Shown here: piece after piece, positions 26,623 through 34,629 of the stretch | Numbering within the stretch: the first letter of the stretch is position 1 | Layout of the letters: each line of letters starts with the position of its first letter | DNA from: a virus | Virus record (IMG/VR): IMGVR_UViG_3300021962_000025 | Span: 1-64,000 of that record | Direction: 5' to 3' (one strand) | Length of the DNA stretch: 64,000 nt | Notes under the pieces: generated by a model | Told to the model about the DNA's origin: nothing | The model's input: the letters and a program-made list of their open reading frames with translations, nothing else | Database searches by the model: none | Made by a program: the position numbers and the translations under genes

Positions 26623-27000
26623 TTAATCAGTTAATAATTGTTTAGATTTTTTTACGGGTTCACACCCATCTTTATCGATTTTCACCAATCGATTCTCAAA
26701 TTTATCAAACCTACTGTCAATATAACGGTATATGTCGTTCATGTTGTCTTCATGATTCTTATACATTTGATCCGTATATCTCATAGTTTCATTATGTAGG
26801 CCATCTGTTCTACTTATTTCACCATCTATACGTAGGTGAAGTTCTCTTTGGTTTTCATCCAAATTTCTGAATATTCCATTGATAGCTTCCTCGAAACCAT
26901 CGGAACGTTGCTTAACCTTAAACACACCCATAACAGCATACCCCAATCCGAGTAAACCGATCATACTGAGCGCACCTAAAATAAATTCTAAATTTTCCAT
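26623..27000 (-). CDS. membrane-anchored coiled-coil protein
   Basis: N-terminal TM 'FILGALSMIGLLGLGYAVMGVF'. Confidence 0.7.
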   Translation of the reverse strand: MENLEFILGALSMIGLLGLGYAVMGVFKVKQRSDGFEEAINGIFRNLDENQRELHLRIDGEISRTDGLHNETMRYTDQMYKNHEDNMNDIYRYIDSRFDKFENRLVKIDKDGCEPVKKSKQLLTD

Positions 27001-27023
27001 GTTTTTAATTTTTAGTTTTAATT

Positions 27024-27035
27024 ATGTCAAAGAAC
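27024..27035 (-). promoter_or_regulatory. boxA-like element GTTCTTTGACAT (second copy)
   Basis: Identical 12-mer to 26513-26524. Confidence 0.5.
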
Positions 27036-27054
27036 GATAGTAATATCTTTCACG

Positions 27055-27197
27055 CTGTAGTGGAGGGATTCGAACCACTCACGAGGTCTTTAGCCATAGG
27101 ACATTGTACATATTGTGGTCAACCCATTATCCTACGTTTGTCAGATGTTCCTCACCCCCGAGACAGGAGGGTATGTCTGCCGTTTCATCACACTACA
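27055..27197 (-). ncRNA. 143-nt type-II-like tRNA with GTC anticodon and 74-nt variable arm
   Basis: TGTAGTG/CACTACA-G; Leu/Ser-like D-arm ATG-AAACGGCAGA-CAT; CCCTC-CTGTCTC-GGGGG; T-loop TTCGAAT. Confidence 0.72.
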
Positions 27198-27208
27198 AAC
27201 TGTGTTTG

Positions 27209-27282
27209 AGCCTCAGGAGGGATTCGAACCCCCGACAGGCTGATTACAAATCAGCTACTCTGGCCAACTGAGTTACTGAGGC
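27209..27282 (-). tRNA. tRNA-Thr(TGT)
   Basis: GCCTCAG/CTGAGGC-T; loop TT-TGT-AA. Confidence 0.92.
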
Positions 27283-27486
27283 TTACAATATGTTCCATAG
27301 TCTCGGTTTTTTAATTCGAAACCATATCGGTATAGTTTTAATTATTAAGAACCACTTAATTCTTTTCACCATACTATATAAATAATACAAAAAAAATTTA
27401 GATTAATCAACAGAGTTTATCTTGATTTTAAGAACTATTTATAGTTAAGACCTTAAAAAGTCTAATAAAAAGTAAAAAAGAGAGAC

Positions 27487-27726
27487 ATGGCATTTAAAGA
27501 CATTTTTAAAGACAAGAATGATTACAATGAAAAATCTATTGTGGGTTTTGCATCATTCGCAGTAATGGTATTATTCGCAGTTGCGGATTTGACCACAGGT
27601 TATTTTGGTAAAGACCTCGTTATTAACGAGTTTATTTACAATTCATTTGTGGTAATAACACTTGGATCTTTTGGTATTGCTGAAGTAGGTAAAGTTTTCG
27701 GTAAGAAGGATTCAACAGAAGAATAA
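27487..27726 (+). CDS. holin-like two-TM membrane protein
   Basis: Two TM helices, directly upstream of endolysin. Confidence 0.55.
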   Translation: MAFKDIFKDKNDYNEKSIVGFASFAVMVLFAVADLTTGYFGKDLVINEFIYNSFVVITLGSFGIAEVGKVFGKKDSTEE

Positions 27727-27737
27727 AGAAAAAAATC

Positions 27738-28661
27738 ATGTTATTAAAAGTAGGATCAAAAGGAGAACTCGTAAAAGATGTTCAGGAAGTTGTTGGGGTT
27801 ACCGCAGATGGTGTCTTTGGACCTGGTACAGAAGCGGCAGTAAAAAAATGGCAATCAGCAAACGGATTAACTGCCGATGGAATTGTTGGTAATGCAACAT
27901 TAGGGAAGATGGGATTGTTAGACACGGATAGATCTATTAGTGAATCTATTCCTGAAGCTTCTTCAGGTTTGTACACTAAAAAAACATACACATCCCCTAA
28001 TGGTATTGAAGTGATTGAGTATTTCATGCCAAAAGACGAGTATTTGAAGGGTCCAATTAAACCCGAATGGTTATTCTTACATCACACCGCGGGTTGGCAT
28101 AACCCGTATAACACAATTAAATCGTGGGATGCGGATAAAAGTGGTCAAATTGCCACAGAATTTGTTTTAGGTGGACAATCTGTAAAGGGTAACGATGATC
28201 AGTATGATGGTATATTAGTACAAGCATTTCCTAAAGGAAACTATGCGTGGCATTTAGGTAAGAACGGATCACAGACGATGCATAAAAACTCTGTAGGTAT
28301 CGAAGTTTGTAATTTTGGATACGTTGTTAACGGAAAGACCTACGCGGGATCAACCGTAGATGAATCCCAAATTGTTAAATTGTCAAAACCATTTAGAGGT
28401 CATACTGATTGGCACAGATATTCTGATAAACAGATTGAGGTTTTACATAAGTGGATTCTTTGGATTGCGGAAAGAGACGGTATCGATGTAAGAGCTGGGT
28501 TACCCGCATTAGTTAAGAAAAACGGGGCGGACGCTTTCGAGTTTAATGACGACGCTTATTATGGTAAAGTTAAAGGTCTTTGGACCCATACTAATACAAG
28601 AAAAGATAAGGTTGACATGTTCCCTCAACAAGAGTTGATGGATATGTTAGTGAGTCTATAA
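27738..28661 (+). CDS. endolysin: PG-binding domain + N-acetylmuramoyl-L-alanine amidase (Amidase_2-like)
   Basis: 'ADGVFGPGTEAAVKKWQSANGLTADGIVG..T'; 'LHHTAG', 'SVGIEVCN', 'WTH...RKDK.D'. Confidence 0.9.
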   Translation: MLLKVGSKGELVKDVQEVVGVTADGVFGPGTEAAVKKWQSANGLTADGIVGNATLGKMGLLDTDRSISESIPEASSGLYTKKTYTSPNGIEVIEYFMPKDEYLKGPIKPEWLFLHHTAGWHNPYNTIKSWDADKSGQIATEFVLGGQSVKGNDDQYDGILVQAFPKGNYAWHLGKNGSQTMHKNSVGIEVCNFGYVVNGKTYAGSTVDESQIVKLSKPFRGHTDWHRYSDKQIEVLHKWILWIAERDGIDVRAGLPALVKKNGADAFEFNDDAYYGKVKGLWTHTNTRKDKVDMFPQQELMDMLVSL

Positions 28662-28667
28662 AAAATA

Positions 28668-28694
28668 AACCCCAACAAGGATGCTGGGGTTTTA
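28668..28694. terminator. hairpin usable as a terminator on either strand
   Basis: AAACCCCA...TGGGGTTT. Confidence 0.6.
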
Positions 28695-28762
28695 GGTCTA
28701 CATTGGGTTCAACCCCAATGCTTTAACGAGAAAAAACGAAAAGGTAATCGGCAAAGAGAACC
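28695..28762. ncRNA. putative structured RNA paralogous to 22509-22605
   Basis: Shares AACGA..AACGAAAAGG and CGGCAAAG blocks; hairpin CATTGGG/CCCAATG; no ORF. Confidence 0.4.
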
Positions 28763-28808
28763 TTCGATGTATAAATATATATTTTTTTTAAAAAAGTTCA
28801 GATTTTAG

Positions 28809-30824
28809 TTAAATGAGGGGAAGATTTTTGGAAATTTCCAAATTCCCCTCTTTTATTTTTAACAAGATCTCCACATTTTCTACAATATTACCCATCAAAA
28901 TTTCATCACTTATAAAATCTTCACATAGATTTTGAATAATTCTTTTGATTGGTCGGGCACCATACTCTTCCTCAGAATTAAGTTTCAAAATTTCGTCATA
29001 AACGGTTTTGTCAAAAGTTATTTTATAAGAATTCTCGTTTAACCTATTAATTAAAGACTGTAGTTCAATCTGTACGATTTTTCTTAGAGATTTATCATCT
29101 AACTTGTTGAAGACGATTATATCATCTACCCTATTTAAGAATTCTGGTGAGAATTGTTGCTTCAAAGACTTCTTTATAATTGAATCTCTTACTTTTTCTT
29201 GGTTATTATCGTTTGTGAACCCGACACCACCACCAAAATCAGATACTTTCTTAGCACCAATATTTGATGTCATAATAATCAGAGTGTTTGTGAAATTAAC
29301 TTTCCTACCAAAAGAATCGGTTAAGTGACCTTCATCCAAAATCTGTAGTAGAATGTTAAAGACATCCTTATGTGCCTTTTCAATTTCATCAAATAAAACA
29401 ACGGAGAATGGATTGTTTTTTATCTTCTCCGTCAATTGACCACCTTCGTCGTATCCAACGTACCCGGGAGGAGACCCAATCAAACGAGAAACATTATGTT
29501 TTTCCATAAACTCACTCATATCGACCCTAATAATTTTTTCAGGATCCCCAAAAAGTGTTTTAGCTAATGTTTTGGCTAAGTGTGTTTTACCAACACCGGT
29601 AGATCCTAAAAACATGAATGACCCAATGGGTTTATTTGCGTTTTTAACACCGACTCTGTTTCTTCTTATTGATTTTGAGATTTTAGAAACCGCATCGTCT
29701 TGACCAATAACATTTTTAGAGATGGTTTTTTCTAACGATAATAAAGATTTACTTTCTTTGGTGTCCAATTTTGAGATTGGTACTCCCGTCATGGAGGTAA
29801 TGAGATTATAAACATCCTCAACACTAATCTCTTTTCTGTTTACTTGTTGTTCGTCGTTCCATTTTTTCTTTTCTGACTCCAACTTTTTGAGGACCTTCTT
29901 TTCTTCATCTCTGAGTTGTGCCGCCTGTTCATAGTCTTGACTTTTTACGACCTCTAATTTTCTTGTTTTGATTTTCTCCGATTCCTTTTTTAACTTCTCA
30001 ATAGAGTCGGGAATCTTCACATTTATTTTTTTCTCAGAACCTAATTCATCCAAAACGTCAATCGCCTTATCGGGAAACTGTTTATCAGTAATATATCTTT
30101 TACTAAGGGATACGATAGTTTCGATAACATTAGAATTATAAGAAACCCTGTGAAACTCCTCATATGAAGGTTTTAAGTTGTAAAGAATATCAATTGTTTC
30201 ATCCACAGTGGGTTCGTTAAGTATAATTTTTTGAAATCTCCTTACCAACGCACCATCTTTTTCAATGTTCTTTTTGAATTCATCAAATGTTGTGGCACCA
30301 ATACATTGAATTTCTCCTCGAGCCAATGCGGGTTTTAAAATATTCGCAGCATCCATAGACCCCGACGCATTACCCGCACCAACCATAGTGTGAATTTCGT
30401 CTATAAAGACAATTACGTTTGGGGCTTCCTGTAGTTCATTTAAGATAGCTTTAATTCTCTCTTCAAACTGTCCCCTATACTTTGTACCTGCAACTAAAGA
30501 TGTGAGGTCTAAGGACATTATTCGTTTATCCAGTAGATTGGTGGGACAGTTACCGTTTGTAATTAGTAGGGCTAACTTTTCTACTAACGCAGATTTACCC
30601 ACACCCGCGTCACCAACGATGACAACGTTATTTTTCTTTTTCCTTGATAGTATTTGGGCTATTCTCATAACCTCCTTACCCCTACCTATGATAGGATCTA
30701 TCAACCCCTCACTCGCCAATCGAGTGAGATCCCTTGAGAAGTTATCGAGTACTGGTGTATTAGACCCTCTCTTACTTTTTCTCTGTTGTGATGGTGACCC
30801 ACCTTCAAAAAAATCCACGGACAT
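28809..30824 (-). CDS. clpC: ClpC-like AAA+ unfoldase lacking the N-terminal Clp-repeat domain
   Basis: Two AAA modules (GDAGVGKS, FIDEIH; GSTGVGKT, LFDEIEKAH), UVR middle domain 'VKSQDYEQAAQLRD', ClpP-docking-type 'VGF' loop. Confidence 0.9.
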   Translation of the reverse strand: MSVDFFEGGSPSQQRKSKRGSNTPVLDNFSRDLTRLASEGLIDPIIGRGKEVMRIAQILSRKKKNNVVIVGDAGVGKSALVEKLALLITNGNCPTNLLDKRIMSLDLTSLVAGTKYRGQFEERIKAILNELQEAPNVIVFIDEIHTMVGAGNASGSMDAANILKPALARGEIQCIGATTFDEFKKNIEKDGALVRRFQKIILNEPTVDETIDILYNLKPSYEEFHRVSYNSNVIETIVSLSKRYITDKQFPDKAIDVLDELGSEKKINVKIPDSIEKLKKESEKIKTRKLEVVKSQDYEQAAQLRDEEKKVLKKLESEKKKWNDEQQVNRKEISVEDVYNLITSMTGVPISKLDTKESKSLLSLEKTISKNVIGQDDAVSKISKSIRRNRVGVKNANKPIGSFMFLGSTGVGKTHLAKTLAKTLFGDPEKIIRVDMSEFMEKHNVSRLIGSPPGYVGYDEGGQLTEKIKNNPFSVVLFDEIEKAHKDVFNILLQILDEGHLTDSFGRKVNFTNTLIIMTSNIGAKKVSDFGGGVGFTNDNNQEKVRDSIIKKSLKQQFSPEFLNRVDDIIVFNKLDDKSLRKIVQIELQSLINRLNENSYKITFDKTVYDEILKLNSEEEYGARPIKRIIQNLCEDFISDEILMGNIVENVEILLKIKEGNLEISKNLPLI

Positions 30825-30846
30825 ATGTATCTTGTTTTAACTTTTA

Positions 30847-30877
30847 TAAAGATAACAAAAATTGAACTAAGAGTCAA
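30847..30877 (-). promoter_or_regulatory. Bacteroidota-type promoter TTG-N20-TATCTTTA for clpC
   Basis: Exact spacer. Confidence 0.65.
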
Positions 30878-30880
30878 TAG

Positions 30881-30973
30881 ATGTCAAAATGTCATAATAT
30901 TATTTTTTATTTTAACTAATATATGAAAAAATGTCATAATATTCTAATTTTTTTTCATTGGCACCTGATTTGA
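30881..30973 (+). promoter_or_regulatory. sigma54-like promoter TGGCAC-N5-TTGA (30959-30973) with upstream AAAATGTCATAATAT direct repeats
   Basis: Repeats at 30886-30900 and 30928-30942; located upstream of hsp20. Confidence 0.5.
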
Positions 30974-31013
30974 AATAGGTGGTTTATAATAATAAATCTT
31001 AAAAAAAAATAAT

Positions 31014-31394
31014 ATGATTACTTTACTTAAAAACGATCCGTTTTTTACTAACTTATTAGATTTGGTTTTCGATGCTGAAGATGAAAATTTATGGAAAGGT
31101 CATGTACACGTACATAAGTCTGTTAATGATGAGGGTATTACCTTAGAGTTTATTGTTCCAGGTTTAACAAAGGAGGATGTTTCAATTCTTGCTGAGGACA
31201 GAGTGTTGAGGATTGAGTATTCGCCCGATGAAGGGAAGAAGAATAAATTTGTGGGGTCGTTCCGAAGATCATACACTATGGGTGACGATTTAGATAATAA
31301 AAAGGTCGAAGCCAAACTTGAGAATGGGATACTGACAATTAATATTCCAAAACTAAAAAAGAAAAATACTCAAAGAAGTATTTCAATCAACTAA
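31014..31394 (+). CDS. small heat-shock protein Hsp20/IbpA family
   Basis: 'VPGLTKEDV','F.RSY','AKLENGILTINIPK'. Confidence 0.92.
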   Translation: MITLLKNDPFFTNLLDLVFDAEDENLWKGHVHVHKSVNDEGITLEFIVPGLTKEDVSILAEDRVLRIEYSPDEGKKNKFVGSFRRSYTMGDDLDNKKVEAKLENGILTINIPKLKKKNTQRSISIN

Positions 31395-31397
31395 TCC

Positions 31398-31427
31398 AAT
31401 TCCCCCAATCGGGGGAATTGTTTTTTA
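31398..31427 (+). terminator. terminator after hsp20
   Basis: AATTCCCC-caatc-GGGGAATT plus T-tract. Confidence 0.75.
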
Positions 31428-31457
31428 CGGGATATTTATTAGTTACATCAGACTGAC

Positions 31458-31488
31458 TTGATTTTGTCGATGAAATTTATTATATTTT
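31458..31488 (+). promoter_or_regulatory. promoter TTG-N20-TATATTTT
   Basis: Exact spacer; TATTTAT also at 31433-31439. Confidence 0.6.
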
Positions 31489-31505
31489 AATTAAAATTAA
31501 AAAAT

Positions 31506-31751
31506 ATGGCAGTTACATCAGAAAAAATCAACGGTAAGGAGATACTTGTCGAGATTCAATCATCGAATTTGAAGTCTGCGTCTTATAATACTGAAGACGA
31601 AACATTACAGGTCACTTTTAATAGTGGGGGTGTTTATGAGTATTATAAGGTTCCGTGGGAAAAGTTCACAAAACTTAGGATGGCGGAATCCCAAGGAAGG
31701 TTTTTCAATTTACAAATTGCGAAAACCCACGAGTACAAAAAACTGAAATGA
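31506..31751 (+). CDS. KTSC-domain protein
   Basis: 'SSNLKSASYN...LQVTFNSGGVYEYYKVP....L..AESQGRFFN..I'. Confidence 0.9.
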   Translation: MAVTSEKINGKEILVEIQSSNLKSASYNTEDETLQVTFNSGGVYEYYKVPWEKFTKLRMAESQGRFFNLQIAKTHEYKKLK

Positions 31752-32533
31752 GAAATAGTCAGATTGTTGATGAACTAATCGAGGAAATAGGTAATAACCA
31801 AGAGATTGTTAAATCTTTTGAAACTAAAGATTCACTATGCTCCGACATATTTGTTGAGGAGGGTGGTGAATTTTCTATGCATAAAGAGATCAGAGATAGA
31901 CTTTTAGAAATAACTGAGGAATTTATGGATTTCGTCGACGTTGACTTCTTTATTCATGATATCATATTAACAGGATCTTTAGCCAATTATAATTGGTCAA
32001 ATTATTCAGATGTTGATTTACATATTATGGTTGACTTTGATGAAATAGGTAATAAAACATCGGTTGGTTTAGAAACTATCATAAAAAACTTCTTCGATTC
32101 AAAGAGAAGTTTGTGGAATAAACAACATGAGATAAAAATAAAGGGTTTTGATTGTGAGATTTACGTTCAAGACGTAGATGAAAAGCACCTCGCATCAGGC
32201 ATATATTCTATATTAAACGATAAGTGGATAATAACCCCTGAAAAAACTAACCCATCAATTGATAAAGAACTTATAATTAAAAAAGCAGATAAATTTGAAC
32301 AATTGATAGACGACGTTCAGGATAAATTTAAGAGCGGGGATGACGTTGAGAAAGATATTTTAAATATAAAACAGTCCTTAAAGAAATTTAGACAGTGTGG
32401 TTTAGACACCGGTGGGGAGTATTCCTATGAGAATTTGGCGTTTAAACTTCTTAGACGTAACGGTTACATTGCCACCTTAATGGATATCCAAAGTAAAAAT
32501 AAGGATAAGAAATTATCCATAGCACAACAGTAA
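31748..32533 (+). CDS. nucleotidyltransferase, Pol-beta superfamily
   Basis: 'LTGSLANYNWSNYSDVDLHI' (GS...DxD), 'CEIYVQD'. Confidence 0.8.
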   Translation: MRNSQIVDELIEEIGNNQEIVKSFETKDSLCSDIFVEEGGEFSMHKEIRDRLLEITEEFMDFVDVDFFIHDIILTGSLANYNWSNYSDVDLHIMVDFDEIGNKTSVGLETIIKNFFDSKRSLWNKQHEIKIKGFDCEIYVQDVDEKHLASGIYSILNDKWIITPEKTNPSIDKELIIKKADKFEQLIDDVQDKFKSGDDVEKDILNIKQSLKKFRQCGLDTGGEYSYENLAFKLLRRNGYIATLMDIQSKNKDKKLSIAQQ

Positions 32534-32601
32534 ACGAAATATTTTTCTTGATATTGTTGTATTTATAGAGTAAGAATAAGTTATTAACAAATAATTGTAA
32601 T

Positions 32602-33618
32602 ATGTCAGATCTTAAACCATTAGGTAGTGAGAAACTACAAGGTGATGATAAACTAAAAAGAATAATGGAGATTGCCAACTATGGTAGATCACCTAAAAAA
32701 GTCATCACTGAAACTGTATCAACTGCCAACGTTGAATTCATTAAAGAGTCTACTAACGGTACATATGGTATTGTTAGAGAAAAAGACGGATACTATGTAA
32801 AAAAGGGACTTAATGAAAGTTCATTAGATTATATTGGTGGAATCTTCATGAAAAATAAAAATAAGTTTTCATCTTATGCTGAAGCATTAAAAAGATTGGA
32901 ACTTATTAGTGGAGAGGAGAACTCTTTAAATGAGGCCAAAAAATATATTTTAAAAAAATCTTCAGCTTCTACGGAGCCTGTTGAGAATGTTCCCGCAGCA
33001 CCAGTTGCGGCGGAACCCGCACCGGCACCTGCACCTGAGGCTCCTGTAGGTGATTTACCCCCTGCTGATGGTGGTATTTCAGACATTCCTTCGGACGTAG
33101 AAGATATGGGTGGAGAAGAAAATGGTGGTGAGGAAAATGGGAAGAGATCTGATTACATGGATGAGGTACAAAAATTCTCGGGTAAATTAGGACAAGCACT
33201 TAGAGATGTTAAGGAAAAAATGATGAGTGATGACATAAAATATGTTATTAACATGGTTCTTTCCGCAGTTGACTTAGATGCTTTAGACGATGAGGATAAA
33301 GAAGAGATAGCAGAAAGATTTGAACCTGAGGAGGACGATTTTGTAGAACCATCATATGATGATGTACCCGCAGAAGAACCAGAATCAAGTGAGGAAATCG
33401 ATGAAATAATGGCTAAACTAGAAAGTTTTGTTGACACACCTGTTGAAGAGGAGGGTCAGGTCGAAGAAAAAATCGATTTAGACCAATTTAACGACTTAGG
33501 TATTGAAGAAGATATTTCTGAGGAATCTGATGACGAGGAGGTTGAAATAGACTTAGAGGATCTCAAAAGTGAAATCAACAAACATGTTGAGTCAACTTTG
33601 AGTAAATACTTTAAGTAA
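32602..33618 (+). CDS. acidic head-assembly/internal protein
   Basis: Late motif upstream; many (L/I)xE sites; AP-rich linker. Confidence 0.65.
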   Translation: MSDLKPLGSEKLQGDDKLKRIMEIANYGRSPKKVITETVSTANVEFIKESTNGTYGIVREKDGYYVKKGLNESSLDYIGGIFMKNKNKFSSYAEALKRLELISGEENSLNEAKKYILKKSSASTEPVENVPAAPVAAEPAPAPAPEAPVGDLPPADGGISDIPSDVEDMGGEENGGEENGKRSDYMDEVQKFSGKLGQALRDVKEKMMSDDIKYVINMVLSAVDLDALDDEDKEEIAERFEPEEDDFVEPSYDDVPAEEPESSEEIDEIMAKLESFVDTPVEEEGQVEEKIDLDQFNDLGIEEDISEESDDEEVEIDLEDLKSEINKHVESTLSKYFK

Positions 33619-33619
33619 T

Positions 33620-34024
33620 ATGAGACTTATCTATATCAATGAGATTGGGTCTGATTATAAGGGTCAGAAACAATATGAGTTCATTTTCAGTGATCAAACA
33701 GAATTTGATATAGAGGAATGGTATCACATACCCGCATCGACATATCCCGAGTCACTTTCTCCCGATTTAGAGTACATTTCATATGTGGGGGTATTAAAAA
33801 ATTCCGATATAGATTTAGACTTGGTTCAAAAGTCTGACTATTTTGGAATTATTGATGCTGTCGATGGTGTCATCTCATTAGGGTGGGAGAAATACGATAT
33901 AGAAAGTGAGTTCGAAAGACTTACTTTTTCTTTTGGGGATAAGATTGAAAGTGTGAAGAAAAAAATAGAATCTAGAGGATTCCATCTAATAAAAGAGGAA
34001 TTAAATTTTAATACGGGGTTATGA
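33620..34024 (+). CDS. hypothetical protein
   Basis: ORF in head operon. Confidence 0.65.
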   Translation: MRLIYINEIGSDYKGQKQYEFIFSDQTEFDIEEWYHIPASTYPESLSPDLEYISYVGVLKNSDIDLDLVQKSDYFGIIDAVDGVISLGWEKYDIESEFERLTFSFGDKIESVKKKIESRGFHLIKEELNFNTGL

Positions 34025-34629
34025 GAAGAAAACAAATTATACAAAATCTTTTAAAGGAAGGTTTAAGTGAAAAATTTTTATCAAAATTAACTGATAAACA
34101 AATTATCGATTTGTCTCATAGATTATTGTCTGAAGCCACCTTTGAGGTTTCTGCAGAAAAAGTAGATACAATAAAAGATAAGGTTGGTCCTGACGATATA
34201 GTTAAGGTTTCAGAGGAAGAAGAGACTAACGAGGCATCTTCTCCCCAACAACAGGCGGCAATTGCTATCTCTAAAAAGAAAAAGAAAGAAAACAAGGAGA
34301 TTAATGAATGGGTGGATAATTTGGTTACTTCTAACTATCACCCCGAAATCACCACTAAAAAAGATATCTATGAAATGATAGGGTCATTATCAGACAGTGT
34401 TGATAATCTTTCAGCGGCAAAAAATATGTTTGCCGTTGATGAACAACAACCATCACCATCTAAACCCGATACTGATGCCCCTGTGAGAGAAAAACCAACA
34501 ACAAGACCTGGTAAACCCTCAAGAGAAAACCCTTTTCAACCAAAACACACACCTAAACCTAAAGCTGAACTTCCAAAAGAACTTACGTTTAGTGCTTTAG
34601 GACTTGACTTAAAACAGGTGGCAGAATGA
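34021..34629 (+). CDS. hypothetical virion protein
   Basis: ORF in head operon. Confidence 0.65.
   Translation: MRRKQIIQNLLKEGLSEKFLSKLTDKQIIDLSHRLLSEATFEVSAEKVDTIKDKVGPDDIVKVSEEEETNEASSPQQQAAIAISKKKKKENKEINEWVDNLVTSNYHPEITTKKDIYEMIGSLSDSVDNLSAAKNMFAVDEQQPSPSKPDTDAPVREKPTTRPGKPSRENPFQPKHTPKPKAELPKELTFSALGLDLKQVAE

Noticed and set aside
27024-27209. Listed plus-strand ORF 27024-27209
   Set aside because: Antisense to the 143-nt tRNA-like RNA; no coding signal.
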